A DNA stretch of 64,000 nucleotides from Minisyncoccia bacterium (GTDB lineage Bacteria > Patescibacteriota > Minisyncoccia > Moranbacterales > GCA-2747515), in NCBI GenBank assembly GCA_041738235.1, contig JBGSQF010000012.1:10363-74362 (forward strand). Reading direction: 5' to 3'. Below are positions 25,694-35,134 of the stretch, piece by piece. How positions within the stretch are numbered: position 1 is the first letter of the stretch; each line of letters opens with the position of its first letter. Below the pieces are notes generated by a model. The model did not search any database. It worked only from the letters and a program-made list of their open reading frames with translations, and was not told the DNA's origin. Position numbers and translations under genes: made by a program.

Positions 25694-25732
25694 AGTCCAA
25701 AGTCTATAAAGTCTATCGAGTCCAAAGTTAAA
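25694..25732 (-). repeat. GACTTT repeat, copy R7 (inverted orientation)
   Basis: Plus strand GTCCAAAGTCTATAAAGTCTATCGAGTCCAAAGTTAAAG is the reverse complement of CTTTAACTTTGGACTCGATAGACTTTATAGACTTTGGAC. It shares CTCGATAGACTTTATAGACT with R6. Confidence 0.65.
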
Positions 25733-25750
25733 GAGTGTGAGCGTGATATT

Positions 25751-27085
25751 TTATATTGGTAGATCTTGAATTGTATTTCCTGTTGATCCTATAGGCTTTC
25801 GGTTAAGCGAACTCTTTTCTCGAAAAAGGAAAAATATCCCGACCAAAATAGCCGAAAGTTGAGCAACGATGTTTATCGCAAGCATCGCGTATACAGTTTT
25901 TCCCCCGATAGTGAACGCAACAAGCGTCGCGAGAGCGATAGCGAGAAAGGCGTACGATATCTTGGTCTTGTGGATGGAAAGCAGATACTGAAATATCACA
26001 TTGGATACAGAAAACAACGTCACAGCGATGGCAAACCATCCCAAATACGGTGCCACCTCATGATATTTACTCCCAAAGAGAATACTCAACACCCATACAG
26101 GATAGAGAAAATAGATAGCTGTAGCAAAGAGTGACGCCCCCAAGACCAAGAACAAGGCGATCTTAAGTATCTGAAACGAAGAACCTCCTTTGTGATTACT
26201 CTCAGAAGACATAGAAAAAAGCACGCCGGCGATCACGCCAGTGGCAAAGAATATCACCTTGGCAGTAACGCTCAGCGCCCCGTATTGACCCGCCACCAGA
26301 TCGCTCAGGTTATGTTTGGCCAGTATCATATCGGCATTGCCCAAGATATTGATCGCCAGACTTCCGATAAATACCGGCATCACGAAACGCTTGAGGGAAG
26401 CAAAATCAACCGTACTTTCACGACGGCTCTCCTTGTTCTCCGATTTCTTCATCACACTAGATTTGAGAAACAGAAATGTTATCACATACCCCGCAATCGT
26501 CGAAAGGACCAAACTGCCCACAATTCCCCCCAACGCAAATCCGAAACTCACCAGCGCGACCCCAAAGATCAATTTGACGATAGCCACCAAGACGCTCGAC
26601 AAACTCATCTGCTTAAACTTTTGCCATCCGCTCAAAAGTCCACTATTGACGGAATTAAAGAACGAAATATACATCGAGACCCATATCAGAATAAGTGCAA
26701 AATATTTATCAATATGGAGAAATTTCCCGACGAGTGGTGTCATCAGCACCATCAAAACAAAAATGGGAAGCCCAAATTTAAGGACTTTTTTATTAAGATA
26801 CGCAAATATCTCCCAACTCCCATTTTGGTTCCCGTCAGCCTTACAAGCCGCGGCATACTTGGTGGCAACCATACTGAGTGTTGCCGCCGGTACAGAGGCG
26901 ATGGTGATAAGCGCCAAAAGTGACTCGGCCTCACCATACACCGGAACACTCACTTGTCTCCCGATCACGAGATGAAACACGTAATTCAAAATATTGACCA
27001 CGAGCCCACCCATAAAAAGGATCGCGCTATTTTTCGCGAATGTGCCATAGTGAGAATATTTTTCTTTCAGTTCCTGTAGACCCAT
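25751..27085 (-). CDS. Wzx-like oligosaccharide flippase (MOP/PST family)
   Basis: About 12-14 TM helices. N-terminus GTFAKNSAILFMGGLVVNILNYVFHLVIGRQVS is typical of PST flippases. Confidence 0.75.
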   Translation of the reverse strand: MGLQELKEKYSHYGTFAKNSAILFMGGLVVNILNYVFHLVIGRQVSVPVYGEAESLLALITIASVPAATLSMVATKYAAACKADGNQNGSWEIFAYLNKKVLKFGLPIFVLMVLMTPLVGKFLHIDKYFALILIWVSMYISFFNSVNSGLLSGWQKFKQMSLSSVLVAIVKLIFGVALVSFGFALGGIVGSLVLSTIAGYVITFLFLKSSVMKKSENKESRRESTVDFASLKRFVMPVFIGSLAINILGNADMILAKHNLSDLVAGQYGALSVTAKVIFFATGVIAGVLFSMSSESNHKGGSSFQILKIALFLVLGASLFATAIYFLYPVWVLSILFGSKYHEVAPYLGWFAIAVTLFSVSNVIFQYLLSIHKTKISYAFLAIALATLVAFTIGGKTVYAMLAINIVAQLSAILVGIFFLFREKSSLNRKPIGSTGNTIQDLPI

Positions 27086-27101
27086 ACTGTTAGTCCTAAA
27101 T

Positions 27102-27593
27102 TTAATCTCCTATCCCTTCCATAAGGTCTTTCTGGTACCGCTCTGGCGTGATGATCTCTTCGAGCCTGAAATGATGCAGAGCCCGATAGGTGATCGAATA
27201 GGATCTGAATGTCATCCCTTCGTTTATATTTACATCGAGCATGAGATGAAAAAGCATCGAGAGCCCCATCGCAAAGAAGAATGATCTGAGCCCCACTTTC
27301 TTCCATATATAAATTCCAACGATAAAAAGTATCACCACGTATTCCCAACCGTGGAAAAAATAAAACAGATGGCCGTTTTGCATACCGTACGCGCCACCCG
27401 TAAAATGCTCCAGGTTGAATGATGGAAAACTAAAAGCAAGGAAATAATCAATAAAGTGATCAAGATCGATGAATATTCCCCCAAGGATAGCACCCACAAA
27501 AGCAGCGACCGGACGCCTCCAAATCCACCAGATAATGGATCCGGCAAGAAGACTCAATACAATATGTGTGAGGAGGTGCAATTCAAGACTCAT
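27102..27593 (-). CDS. membrane-bound metal-dependent hydrolase (DUF457/YdjM-like)
   Basis: TM helices with His/Asp residues at helix ends (LLTHIVLS, DLDHFIDYF, FHLMLD) in a small polytopic protein. Confidence 0.55.
   Translation of the reverse strand: MSLELHLLTHIVLSLLAGSIIWWIWRRPVAAFVGAILGGIFIDLDHFIDYFLAFSFPSFNLEHFTGGAYGMQNGHLFYFFHGWEYVVILFIVGIYIWKKVGLRSFFFAMGLSMLFHLMLDVNINEGMTFRSYSITYRALHHFRLEEIITPERYQKDLMEGIGD
27124..27188. repeat. ~65-bp segment duplicated at 14679-14744
   Basis: AGGTCTTTCTGGTACCGC(T/C)CTGGCGTGATGATCTCTTCGAGCCT(G/C)AA(A/G)TGATGC(A/G)GAGCCCGA(T/A)A, about 90% identical between the two loci. The copy at 27.1 kb is the 3' end of the hydrolase CDS. Confidence 0.7.
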
Positions 27594-27727
27594 TCCTTTC
27601 TTTCTTTTATATTCTTATTTCTTTTGTTCTTTTTTCACTCAAACGTAACACAAAACAAGCTCTTTTCTTTTGAAGATTACATTATACCGCAAATAAAAGA
27701 AAAAACCAAATCCTTATAGTATGCACC

Positions 27728-29002
27728 TCAAAAACTCGTAACGATCTTTTTGAAGAAGAGGAGACATTTTTCTTTGAAAGTCTTGTGCTCCTTAATAAGG
27801 GTCACCATCGTTTCAGTACCCACCTCCACCGAGACGGAATCATCAAGGTAACCTTCCCTCGAAAAGGATAAGGTCTTTGCTTCGTCCTTAAAGGGAATGG
27901 CGATCTCGAAGTATCCGTTGGTGCCCGATCGCGTCTCTCGTTCGGTCGATCGAACGATTGCGTTGGAGATCGGGAAACCAAACTCGTCAAACACCCGACC
28001 GAAGAAGATATCGGTGTGATAGTACGATTCTAGCGTATCAACCACCGGATTGGCTATACCGTCTATATCCCAAAGCTCTGTTGAGCCTCCGACCGAAACC
28101 CAGTAGTTCATTCCTACCAGTTCGGGAATATCGGTCATTCCCTTAAGGGCAGCATCAATCCACTGAGCCTGATCTTCCGGCGAAAGATCCCCATGAATGT
28201 CCGGGATCGGAGCGCCAAACTCCCCCAAGATGACCTGTCCTCCGGAATTCCTGGCAATATCCCGAATATCCGATACCAGTTTCTCCGGTGTAGCTACATA
28301 GTGATCGATCGTGACGATCCCACCCAGTCGCTTGGTTGTAGCAGAGTCCATAATAAGCCGTGCCACGTCCGCATTCATTGAAAAGTAGTTGGTCGTCACC
28401 ATTCGACCGATATCCTTGAAAGCCTTGTTGGCAACATCGTATTCGCTGATCAAAAAATTCCGATATCCGGTCACGTCCCCCGTTTTTCTGGGATCTCCCG
28501 ATCCTCCGTTCTCACATTCAGGACATGATGTAAAAGCATCTCCATTTTCAAAAAGGTCCGGGTGTCTCATGATGAATTCTTGAGTCTTGGCGATATGGTT
28601 TCCCCGGCTCATTTTTGTATACCCAAACCACCCTTCCCACCCAGAGAAGTTTCCACGAAACCACACTTTAAGATGTTGCTTTCTTGCCGCCGAGACCCAT
28701 CGCTTGAGAAACGGTATGAATTCTTCATCATAGGGAGTGGCGATCGCCACATGGGTCGCACCGGTACTCGCAATAGCCTTTATTTGACTCTCGATGATCG
28801 TGTCGAAAGAAGCATCGTTGAGCTTTTCTTTAGCAAGGTCCCGAGAGTATTTCATCGTATCAATGGACTGGAATTGCCAGATATTTTTTCCCGTGGGTTT
28901 TGTAAGATATAAGGCCGGCGTATGAAAGTTCGCATTAAAGAACAAAGCCACGACAAAGATCAACGTCACACCGATCAAGGGATATATGAGAAATTTTTTC
29001 AT
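27728..29002 (-). CDS. secreted putative glycoside hydrolase (TIM-barrel, clan GH-A-like) with C-terminal carboxypeptidase-regulatory-like beta-sandwich
   Basis: Signal anchor. HVAIATPYDEE, WFRGNFSGWEGWFG and VILGEFGAP resemble GH-A strands, with a Glu-nucleophile-like GEFG. C-terminal GRVFDEFGFPISNAIVRSTERETRSGTNGYFEIAIP is CarbopepD_reg-like. Confidence 0.45.
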   Translation of the reverse strand: MKKFLIYPLIGVTLIFVVALFFNANFHTPALYLTKPTGKNIWQFQSIDTMKYSRDLAKEKLNDASFDTIIESQIKAIASTGATHVAIATPYDEEFIPFLKRWVSAARKQHLKVWFRGNFSGWEGWFGYTKMSRGNHIAKTQEFIMRHPDLFENGDAFTSCPECENGGSGDPRKTGDVTGYRNFLISEYDVANKAFKDIGRMVTTNYFSMNADVARLIMDSATTKRLGGIVTIDHYVATPEKLVSDIRDIARNSGGQVILGEFGAPIPDIHGDLSPEDQAQWIDAALKGMTDIPELVGMNYWVSVGGSTELWDIDGIANPVVDTLESYYHTDIFFGRVFDEFGFPISNAIVRSTERETRSGTNGYFEIAIPFKDEAKTLSFSREGYLDDSVSVEVGTETMVTLIKEHKTFKEKCLLFFKKIVTSF

Positions 29003-29021
29003 CTCTTTTGCATGAGGGCCA

Positions 29022-30650
29022 TTACTTCTTTACCTTTGGGTCCAAAATTGCATCAATATTGAGCTCCGAAAGATACTCATCTTTGAGCTGATATATATCG
29101 GCAAATGGATAGTGATCCACCAGTTCATACCGAGCAAACCCCGGATTGTCGTGGATGAGACGCCAAGTGGAGTCCTCATTGGAATAACTTCTTACCACGA
29201 TCCAACGCGCCCAATGATCCGGATACTGTATAGCTGCATCGTAATAAGTACCGGTTCCTTCGTGGATAAATCGCTTCATCGGGAGTCCCGAAGAAAAAAT
29301 AATAGAATCGTGTGATGCCGCGGAGATCAGAATAAATCCTTTTTCCGGACCGGCGTGCTTCTGCAACCACCCCGAAACTTCGGATACGTTCTTCTGACTC
29401 GACCCCACTCGAGCGTCATCGATCGTCACGGCGTCACCACTACTGAATTGAAAGAAGGTCGTTAAAAGGAGAAGACCGATCAGTGTGACGCGAAGTGGTG
29501 GAAGTACGTGTATCAGATATCCGACAAAGATCGCAACCGATGGCATCATCATAACACCATAACGCACATTGAACCACGTGTCACCGGAAATTCCCTGAAT
29601 ATAGAGCACGGAGTGACCCAAATACAAAGCCAGGACATTGAACAAAAGCGGCGCAATAAGGGCTACGGTGGCAAGACGGATATGAGCCGGAAGCGACTTC
29701 TTGAACCACAAAACGATCATACCCACAAATCCAAGCACCATACTAAATGCGCCTACATTGTACGCGTACGCGTACATATACATCTTGAGCGAGAAAAACC
29801 ATTGACCCTTGGTCGGCAAAACACCCGCAGCATCCAACTGGTCCTGCTGGTAATGTGCCGAATAGGGCCCGAAGGCGAAATAGAACGGGTCTTTGAAAAT
29901 AAGGGCATTCCACAAAAGCCACAGAAATACACCAAACCCGCCCAATGTAGAGAAAAAAACGAACACGCCTTCCGTATATTTGTAGCCGTTCTTTCGGAAC
30001 AAAAATATCGAGATAAGCACCGCCGAAAAGAAAAGTAAAAACCATCCATCATAGCGCACCAGTGTCGCCAACATAATGAAAAATGCGGCGTAGATAAGTT
30101 GAAGTATGTCTTCTCCCTTGAACCATTTAAGTAAATAATACGATCCAACGGTCATTGTGGAGATAAGCATCAACTCCGTCATCGCTGTGGATTGCAAATA
30201 CAAAACATTCATATTGGAAGCAAAGAGTGCTACCGCAGCAACTCTCCCAGTCATCCCCACGCCCAACTCACGAAGATAGAGATAGATGATCGCTCCAGTG
30301 AGCACGAAAGAAAGCATCGACCATATTGCTCCAGCCAATCCGGAGTGCCACATAAAGTCGCTCCAGATCGTCACACCCATCAAGAGATGCGTCAGTGGAA
30401 GCCACACCGATCCCAACTGAGCAAACCCGGGATTGAGTCCCTCCACCACACGACGACCAATGTCGAGATGCGACCGTGCGTCATTGTACGCGAGTCCGAG
30501 ACCGTTGGCATAGTAGTGCAAGAACGTGTAGACCGATATCCCTGCCAATATCGCAAAGATGAGCACGAGAGCATGTCGTTCAAGAAACGCGGTCAAGCGT
30601 TCACGCAAGTATGTCCAAGAATAAAAAGATTTTGATCGAGTAGTGTTCAT
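29022..30650 (-). CDS. GT-C family membrane glycosyltransferase (ArnT/PMT-like, GT39/GT83-type)
   Basis: Twelve or more TM helices. First loop reads GLAYNDARSHLDIGRRV (DE/DxR-type motif of ArnT/PMT_2). Confidence 0.7.
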   Translation of the reverse strand: MNTTRSKSFYSWTYLRERLTAFLERHALVLIFAILAGISVYTFLHYYANGLGLAYNDARSHLDIGRRVVEGLNPGFAQLGSVWLPLTHLLMGVTIWSDFMWHSGLAGAIWSMLSFVLTGAIIYLYLRELGVGMTGRVAAVALFASNMNVLYLQSTAMTELMLISTMTVGSYYLLKWFKGEDILQLIYAAFFIMLATLVRYDGWFLLFFSAVLISIFLFRKNGYKYTEGVFVFFSTLGGFGVFLWLLWNALIFKDPFYFAFGPYSAHYQQDQLDAAGVLPTKGQWFFSLKMYMYAYAYNVGAFSMVLGFVGMIVLWFKKSLPAHIRLATVALIAPLLFNVLALYLGHSVLYIQGISGDTWFNVRYGVMMMPSVAIFVGYLIHVLPPLRVTLIGLLLLTTFFQFSSGDAVTIDDARVGSSQKNVSEVSGWLQKHAGPEKGFILISAASHDSIIFSSGLPMKRFIHEGTGTYYDAAIQYPDHWARWIVVRSYSNEDSTWRLIHDNPGFARYELVDHYPFADIYQLKDEYLSELNIDAILDPKVKK

Positions 30651-30656
30651 AAACGG

Positions 30657-32264
30657 TTATTTCTTTTCACGACCAATAAAATTAACGGTCAACATACTTG
30701 CACCCAATCCAAGGACCAAAAGATATACCAGTATAAAATATTCCCTTGGGGTCAGTACACCTCGAAACCACACGTCATACAAGTACGATTTCGATCCTAT
30801 CGGACTTCCATACTTTGAATCCAGGAATTCCCAATTTCTAAAATAGGTATACTTTTCTTCATGCCCCGACTGTTTCTCCATCGCAAGCACCTGCACTTTG
30901 GGAGGGTTGGCCATAGAGGTAATCGTACCCAACGTATTGACCGCTCCTGAATAAACAAAAAGTACCGCGAAGAGACCAATAAACCACCATTTTCTATTCC
31001 ACTGAGAAAGCGCCATACCCAATCCGATCGCCAAGACCGCATAGGTAGGAATAAGATAACGAGAACCAAATGCCCAACCACCCCACGGATCACCCCACAT
31101 CGAATACAAAAGGATATTAGCTCCGATGATGGCAGTGAGAAGAGCCACGATCCGCCCCTGTTTACGATACAAGAGCACAAGCCCAAAGATGCCCAACAGC
31201 ATAACGGGCGCAAAGGCGAATACCCCACGATCAGGACTGAGGAAATGAATATAGAAACCGTTGTAAAGATTACGTGTTTCAAAAAAACCAACCGCCGTTT
31301 TGTCACCCTTCATTTCCTGAAGAGAAGCCAGTTGCTCTTGGGTCAATACTTCTTGTTGGTAGGTGCTCTCTTTTTTGGGGTTCCCATACGCGTCGATCTC
31401 AGCAACCCCTTCAAGAGTCCCTGGCAATTGGAACATATTGCCATAGGCTGAATAGTTGTACCAACCAAAGAACGCCAAAGGGATCAAGAATCCTGCAAAG
31501 GTCAGTATGCCAAAAACAAACCTCTTTGACTGTGTCTTTTTCCCTCCTTTGCGAACGATCTCAAACAATCTCACCAGTGCATAGAGCCCCACTGGAAACA
31601 TCAAGAAGAGATTGGGGTTGTCCACAACGATAGATGCTGCACAAGCAAACCATACGATCGCAAGGCTCCATATATTTCGAAAAGAAAACAATGCCCACAA
31701 AGAAACAAGTAACAAAAAAACGCTCACATGATGCTGGTAAAGGCTCACACCATAGGCAAACGCCGGAGAAGCAAAGAGAAATGTAGCCCCTCCCAAAACC
31801 CCCGCGTACCACCTACCGCCGAGCCTCTTCACGATCGACGCTATGAGAAACATATTCATAAAGGCAAACACAGCGATCATGGCATATGTGCCCACTTGCG
31901 AGATCCCAAAGTACTTCCCTATCACATACCCGGGAACGACCAAAAAGGAAACTCCTGGGGCAAACAATGAAACGTATTTCCCCATCGAAGTGATCGCGAG
32001 ATCCGGAACCGCCAAACGTGCGACAGCAACACTAAATGTCAGAGAATGGTTCTCGACGAGCGAATAAAGAAGCGCAAACCGTCCTCGTTCGGGAGAAAGC
32101 TCTAATGGACCATCAAATGACCACGCTGAAGTGTTGAGCTCTTTGATCGTGGGAGTTCCAGGAAGACCGCGAAGGCTTAGGAGCAGGATGATCGCTACTA
32201 CAAGAACTACCAACCCAGAAAGTATAGGGGATGTCCAATTTTTTTGCAGTTTTTTTAGGTCCAT
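30657..32264 (-). CDS. GT-C family membrane glycosyltransferase (ArnT/PMT-like), second copy
   Basis: Polytopic protein with first-loop acidic motif SFDGPLELSPERGRFALLYSL. Confidence 0.7.
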   Translation of the reverse strand: MDLKKLQKNWTSPILSGLVVLVVAIILLLSLRGLPGTPTIKELNTSAWSFDGPLELSPERGRFALLYSLVENHSLTFSVAVARLAVPDLAITSMGKYVSLFAPGVSFLVVPGYVIGKYFGISQVGTYAMIAVFAFMNMFLIASIVKRLGGRWYAGVLGGATFLFASPAFAYGVSLYQHHVSVFLLLVSLWALFSFRNIWSLAIVWFACAASIVVDNPNLFLMFPVGLYALVRLFEIVRKGGKKTQSKRFVFGILTFAGFLIPLAFFGWYNYSAYGNMFQLPGTLEGVAEIDAYGNPKKESTYQQEVLTQEQLASLQEMKGDKTAVGFFETRNLYNGFYIHFLSPDRGVFAFAPVMLLGIFGLVLLYRKQGRIVALLTAIIGANILLYSMWGDPWGGWAFGSRYLIPTYAVLAIGLGMALSQWNRKWWFIGLFAVLFVYSGAVNTLGTITSMANPPKVQVLAMEKQSGHEEKYTYFRNWEFLDSKYGSPIGSKSYLYDVWFRGVLTPREYFILVYLLVLGLGASMLTVNFIGREKK

Positions 32265-32279
32265 ACTTGATAGATACTA

Positions 32280-33053
32280 TCACTTAACATAATATACTTC
32301 GGGCACTTCGGGAATAACATCAGAAAAAAGCGGTTGCGTCGCATACAGTTTGATGAGTGGGTGTTTTACCTTCCCGTTGAGACCAAACTCAACCCGTTGA
32401 AAACCTCGCTCTCTAAAATAGGCATCATTCGGAGTATCGCTGAGACAGTACGGGAAATCCGCGTAGAATACCACATTCTCGGAAAAACGCAATCCCATCT
32501 TACTGGTTATCACATGATCAACATGTTTTCCCAATCCGATCGGAAAAAAAAGTATGTTCTTCGTGTTGGCGTCGATCGATGCCCTGAGAGACTTTTCGAT
32601 CTCATCCATAAGATCATGATCATCCTTGGCGATACGCCCTCTCGTAATATGAAAACGATATGTCGGATACACGTGTACAAATTCCGGAAAGATCTTACCC
32701 AAGATCTTCCCAAGCCATCCCGATCGCTTCTTACGCCATAGAGCATCCTTATATCCTAGATGTGTATACGACGCCTCTAACAACTCCAGCACAGTTTTAT
32801 CCTCCTCTTTTCTCTTGGCAAAAAGTTCTTTCGCATTCTTGATACCACACTGTTTGAGAAACATCTTGGCTGAGAGCGTTTCTTGTCTCCCCTCTCCCGC
32901 CTCAGTGAATATCGTCAAAACGGACATATGCATCTTGCCTGTAAGGTACGACATCAGATTGCCACATGACAAAACCGCGTCATCCAAATGTGGAGAGACG
33001 AAATAGCAGTGCGTATATTTGGCCAACAATTGTTCTAATGCGTTCTCTTTCAT
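32280..33053 (-). CDS. PIG-L/LmbE family deacetylase
   Basis: YFVSPHLDDAVLSCGNLMSYL (PHxDD motif). Confidence 0.8.
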   Translation of the reverse strand: MKENALEQLLAKYTHCYFVSPHLDDAVLSCGNLMSYLTGKMHMSVLTIFTEAGEGRQETLSAKMFLKQCGIKNAKELFAKRKEEDKTVLELLEASYTHLGYKDALWRKKRSGWLGKILGKIFPEFVHVYPTYRFHITRGRIAKDDHDLMDEIEKSLRASIDANTKNILFFPIGLGKHVDHVITSKMGLRFSENVVFYADFPYCLSDTPNDAYFRERGFQRVEFGLNGKVKHPLIKLYATQPLFSDVIPEVPEVYYVK

Positions 33054-33054
33054 A

Positions 33055-35115
33055 TCACCTCTTTTGAGTTATCACATCCGTTATGAATTGCTCGTATTCC
33101 TTCGCTATAGAATCCCAATCATATTTTTCAGCATATAGTCGAGCTTGCTGTGCTGTCTTCTGATACAATTTGCTACTCTGCATAGGCTTCAAAACAGCGT
33201 TGGCCATAGCGTCTACATCAAAGCTTGGCACACGAATGATCGCATCGTTAGAAGTGATCCACTGAAGCCCTGGAATATCAAAAGCCACAGTAGGAACACC
33301 ATAGGACATCATCTCCAGCGCCACAAGAGAAAACGTCTCAAACCGAGAAGGTAATAAGCAAGCGATCGTTTCGCGAAAGAAGTTCTCTTTCTCTTGAGCG
33401 TTGATCCGTCCCAGCAGATGAACGGAGTCACCAAGCTCGTGCAATTCTATAAGCTTCTTCACACGGGCCATCTCGGTCTCCGTGCCCACCCCGGCAATGA
33501 CCAGCGGAACTGCCATGGTCTCCGAGATCTTTTTGTAGGCTTTGAGCAAAAGGTCAATGCCCTTTTGATCCACTTCAATGCGCCCAATGTAGGACAAGTG
33601 CTTCCCCACCCGCTCCCCATTCAATGTGGGCATATATACACCATTGGGGATTATTTTTATCTCCGCAGAATGGTTGTGGGCGATAACTTCCTCGGCGCTT
33701 GTCTTGGTCACCACGATAAAATGACGGTAGAATTTCAAACCAAAGTTCTCGATCCAATGGAAAGGGAGATGATATTTTCGCACCATATCTTGAGCACTGA
33801 GCATATGCACAAGCGCGACCACCGGTTTTTTGGTGAATACTGGAGTAAATGAAGTAGAAAATGGCGGTGTAAAACTCTCTATCCATATGTCGTAATCCAA
33901 AAACATCACGTACCAAGGAAGAGTCAAATGATACAGTAACTGACCGATCTGTCCTCCAAACATCGAAAAACCAATACGACGATAGTGCACACCGTTCCTT
34001 TCTTCATTTTTTGCTCCGGGATATTTGCCCGTAAGAACGGTCACGTTGAACTCATGAGACAGACGACGAGCTATTTCATGTACGGCCACAGCGCCTCCGC
34101 CAGCATAATGCGGGTTCTCCACATCGTCATAGTTCGATACGATAATGTTCTTTTTATTGAGAGATCCGTTGAGTGACTTGGTAGATTGCACCGTTTCCCA
34201 TGTACCACTATCTTTATCCTCGTGCGCATCTCGGATCATCAGCATGCGAACGATGGGAAGTGTACAACAATAGATCGTCACCCAAAAGGGATTGCGGATC
34301 CAAGATTGAACGAGTGCAAAAAACTTCTGTGCGAGTCCTATATTATAATACTGTGCAACAAATGCCGGATCAAATTCCTTGGCCTGTATTCTCTCTGATT
34401 TGAGGAATCGTTGCATCTGTTTTATGTAATCGGAAAAATTCGATGGCAGTCTATATCGAACGAGTGCCTTTTCGGCAACTTTGAACTTAAATCCTCTGGA
34501 CTCACCAAAAAGGAACGAGAAGGCTTCATCTGCGGATGCATCAGGAAACCGCAATACTTCGTACATCTCCCGACGAAATGCCCTTATCCTTCCCTCAGAT
34601 CGATAGAGATAAGAAACTCGAGGAGCGCGTCGCACGTACTCCCAGGTGATCGCACCCGCATGGGCCACTCTCTCAGCAAATGTCCTCGGTTTGAGTGAGA
34701 GGGCATAACCAGAAGTATGCACAACCTCTTCCTCCTCCAAAAGCGGCGCCAGGAGTTCATAAAGAAGATCCTTTCCTTCCACATAAATATCTGCATCTAG
34801 GATCACGATCACATCGGATGTGGCATTTTGCATAAGTTCGTTCATACGAGCGAACTTTCCACACCTCTTCCCATCCGCCATCAACTTAAAACGAGGGTGA
34901 TCTTTGCAAAATTCTCGGACGATCTTATCTGTACCATCAGAAGAACCGTCTGAAACAACTATCACTTCATCAATAGTAAAACCGGTCTCTTCTTGGTCCT
35001 GAAGCACTTCTAAAAGATACCCCGTATTGCGTTCCTCATTGTACGCGGGGATACCTATGGTCACAGAAAGTTTTTTCTCTTCCGCAGATCGATCTTGCGT
35101 CGCTGTTGCTTGCAT
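33055..35115 (-). CDS. bifunctional glycosyltransferase: N-terminal GT2 fused to C-terminal GT1 (GT4)
   Basis: N-terminus LSVTIGIPAYNEERNTGYLLEVL...VIVVSDGSSDGT...LDADIYV. C-terminus LLPSRFETFSLVALEMMSYGVPTVAFDIPGL. Confidence 0.8.
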   Translation of the reverse strand: MQATATQDRSAEEKKLSVTIGIPAYNEERNTGYLLEVLQDQEETGFTIDEVIVVSDGSSDGTDKIVREFCKDHPRFKLMADGKRCGKFARMNELMQNATSDVIVILDADIYVEGKDLLYELLAPLLEEEEVVHTSGYALSLKPRTFAERVAHAGAITWEYVRRAPRVSYLYRSEGRIRAFRREMYEVLRFPDASADEAFSFLFGESRGFKFKVAEKALVRYRLPSNFSDYIKQMQRFLKSERIQAKEFDPAFVAQYYNIGLAQKFFALVQSWIRNPFWVTIYCCTLPIVRMLMIRDAHEDKDSGTWETVQSTKSLNGSLNKKNIIVSNYDDVENPHYAGGGAVAVHEIARRLSHEFNVTVLTGKYPGAKNEERNGVHYRRIGFSMFGGQIGQLLYHLTLPWYVMFLDYDIWIESFTPPFSTSFTPVFTKKPVVALVHMLSAQDMVRKYHLPFHWIENFGLKFYRHFIVVTKTSAEEVIAHNHSAEIKIIPNGVYMPTLNGERVGKHLSYIGRIEVDQKGIDLLLKAYKKISETMAVPLVIAGVGTETEMARVKKLIELHELGDSVHLLGRINAQEKENFFRETIACLLPSRFETFSLVALEMMSYGVPTVAFDIPGLQWITSNDAIIRVPSFDVDAMANAVLKPMQSSKLYQKTAQQARLYAEKYDWDSIAKEYEQFITDVITQKR

Positions 35116-35134
35116 ACGGTTGTTTCCGATTTAC

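Noticed and set aside
25102-26975. Long plus-strand ORFs (25102..25695, 26192..26923, 26316..26975) opposite the GT2 and flippase genes
   Set aside because: They are antisense to strongly supported membrane-protein genes. Their translations are His/Arg-rich nonsense typical of the complement of TM-encoding DNA.
29508-32067. Multiple 100-180 aa ORFs on both strands inside the two GT-C genes
   Set aside because: They are shadow ORFs within long, well-supported polytopic CDSs.
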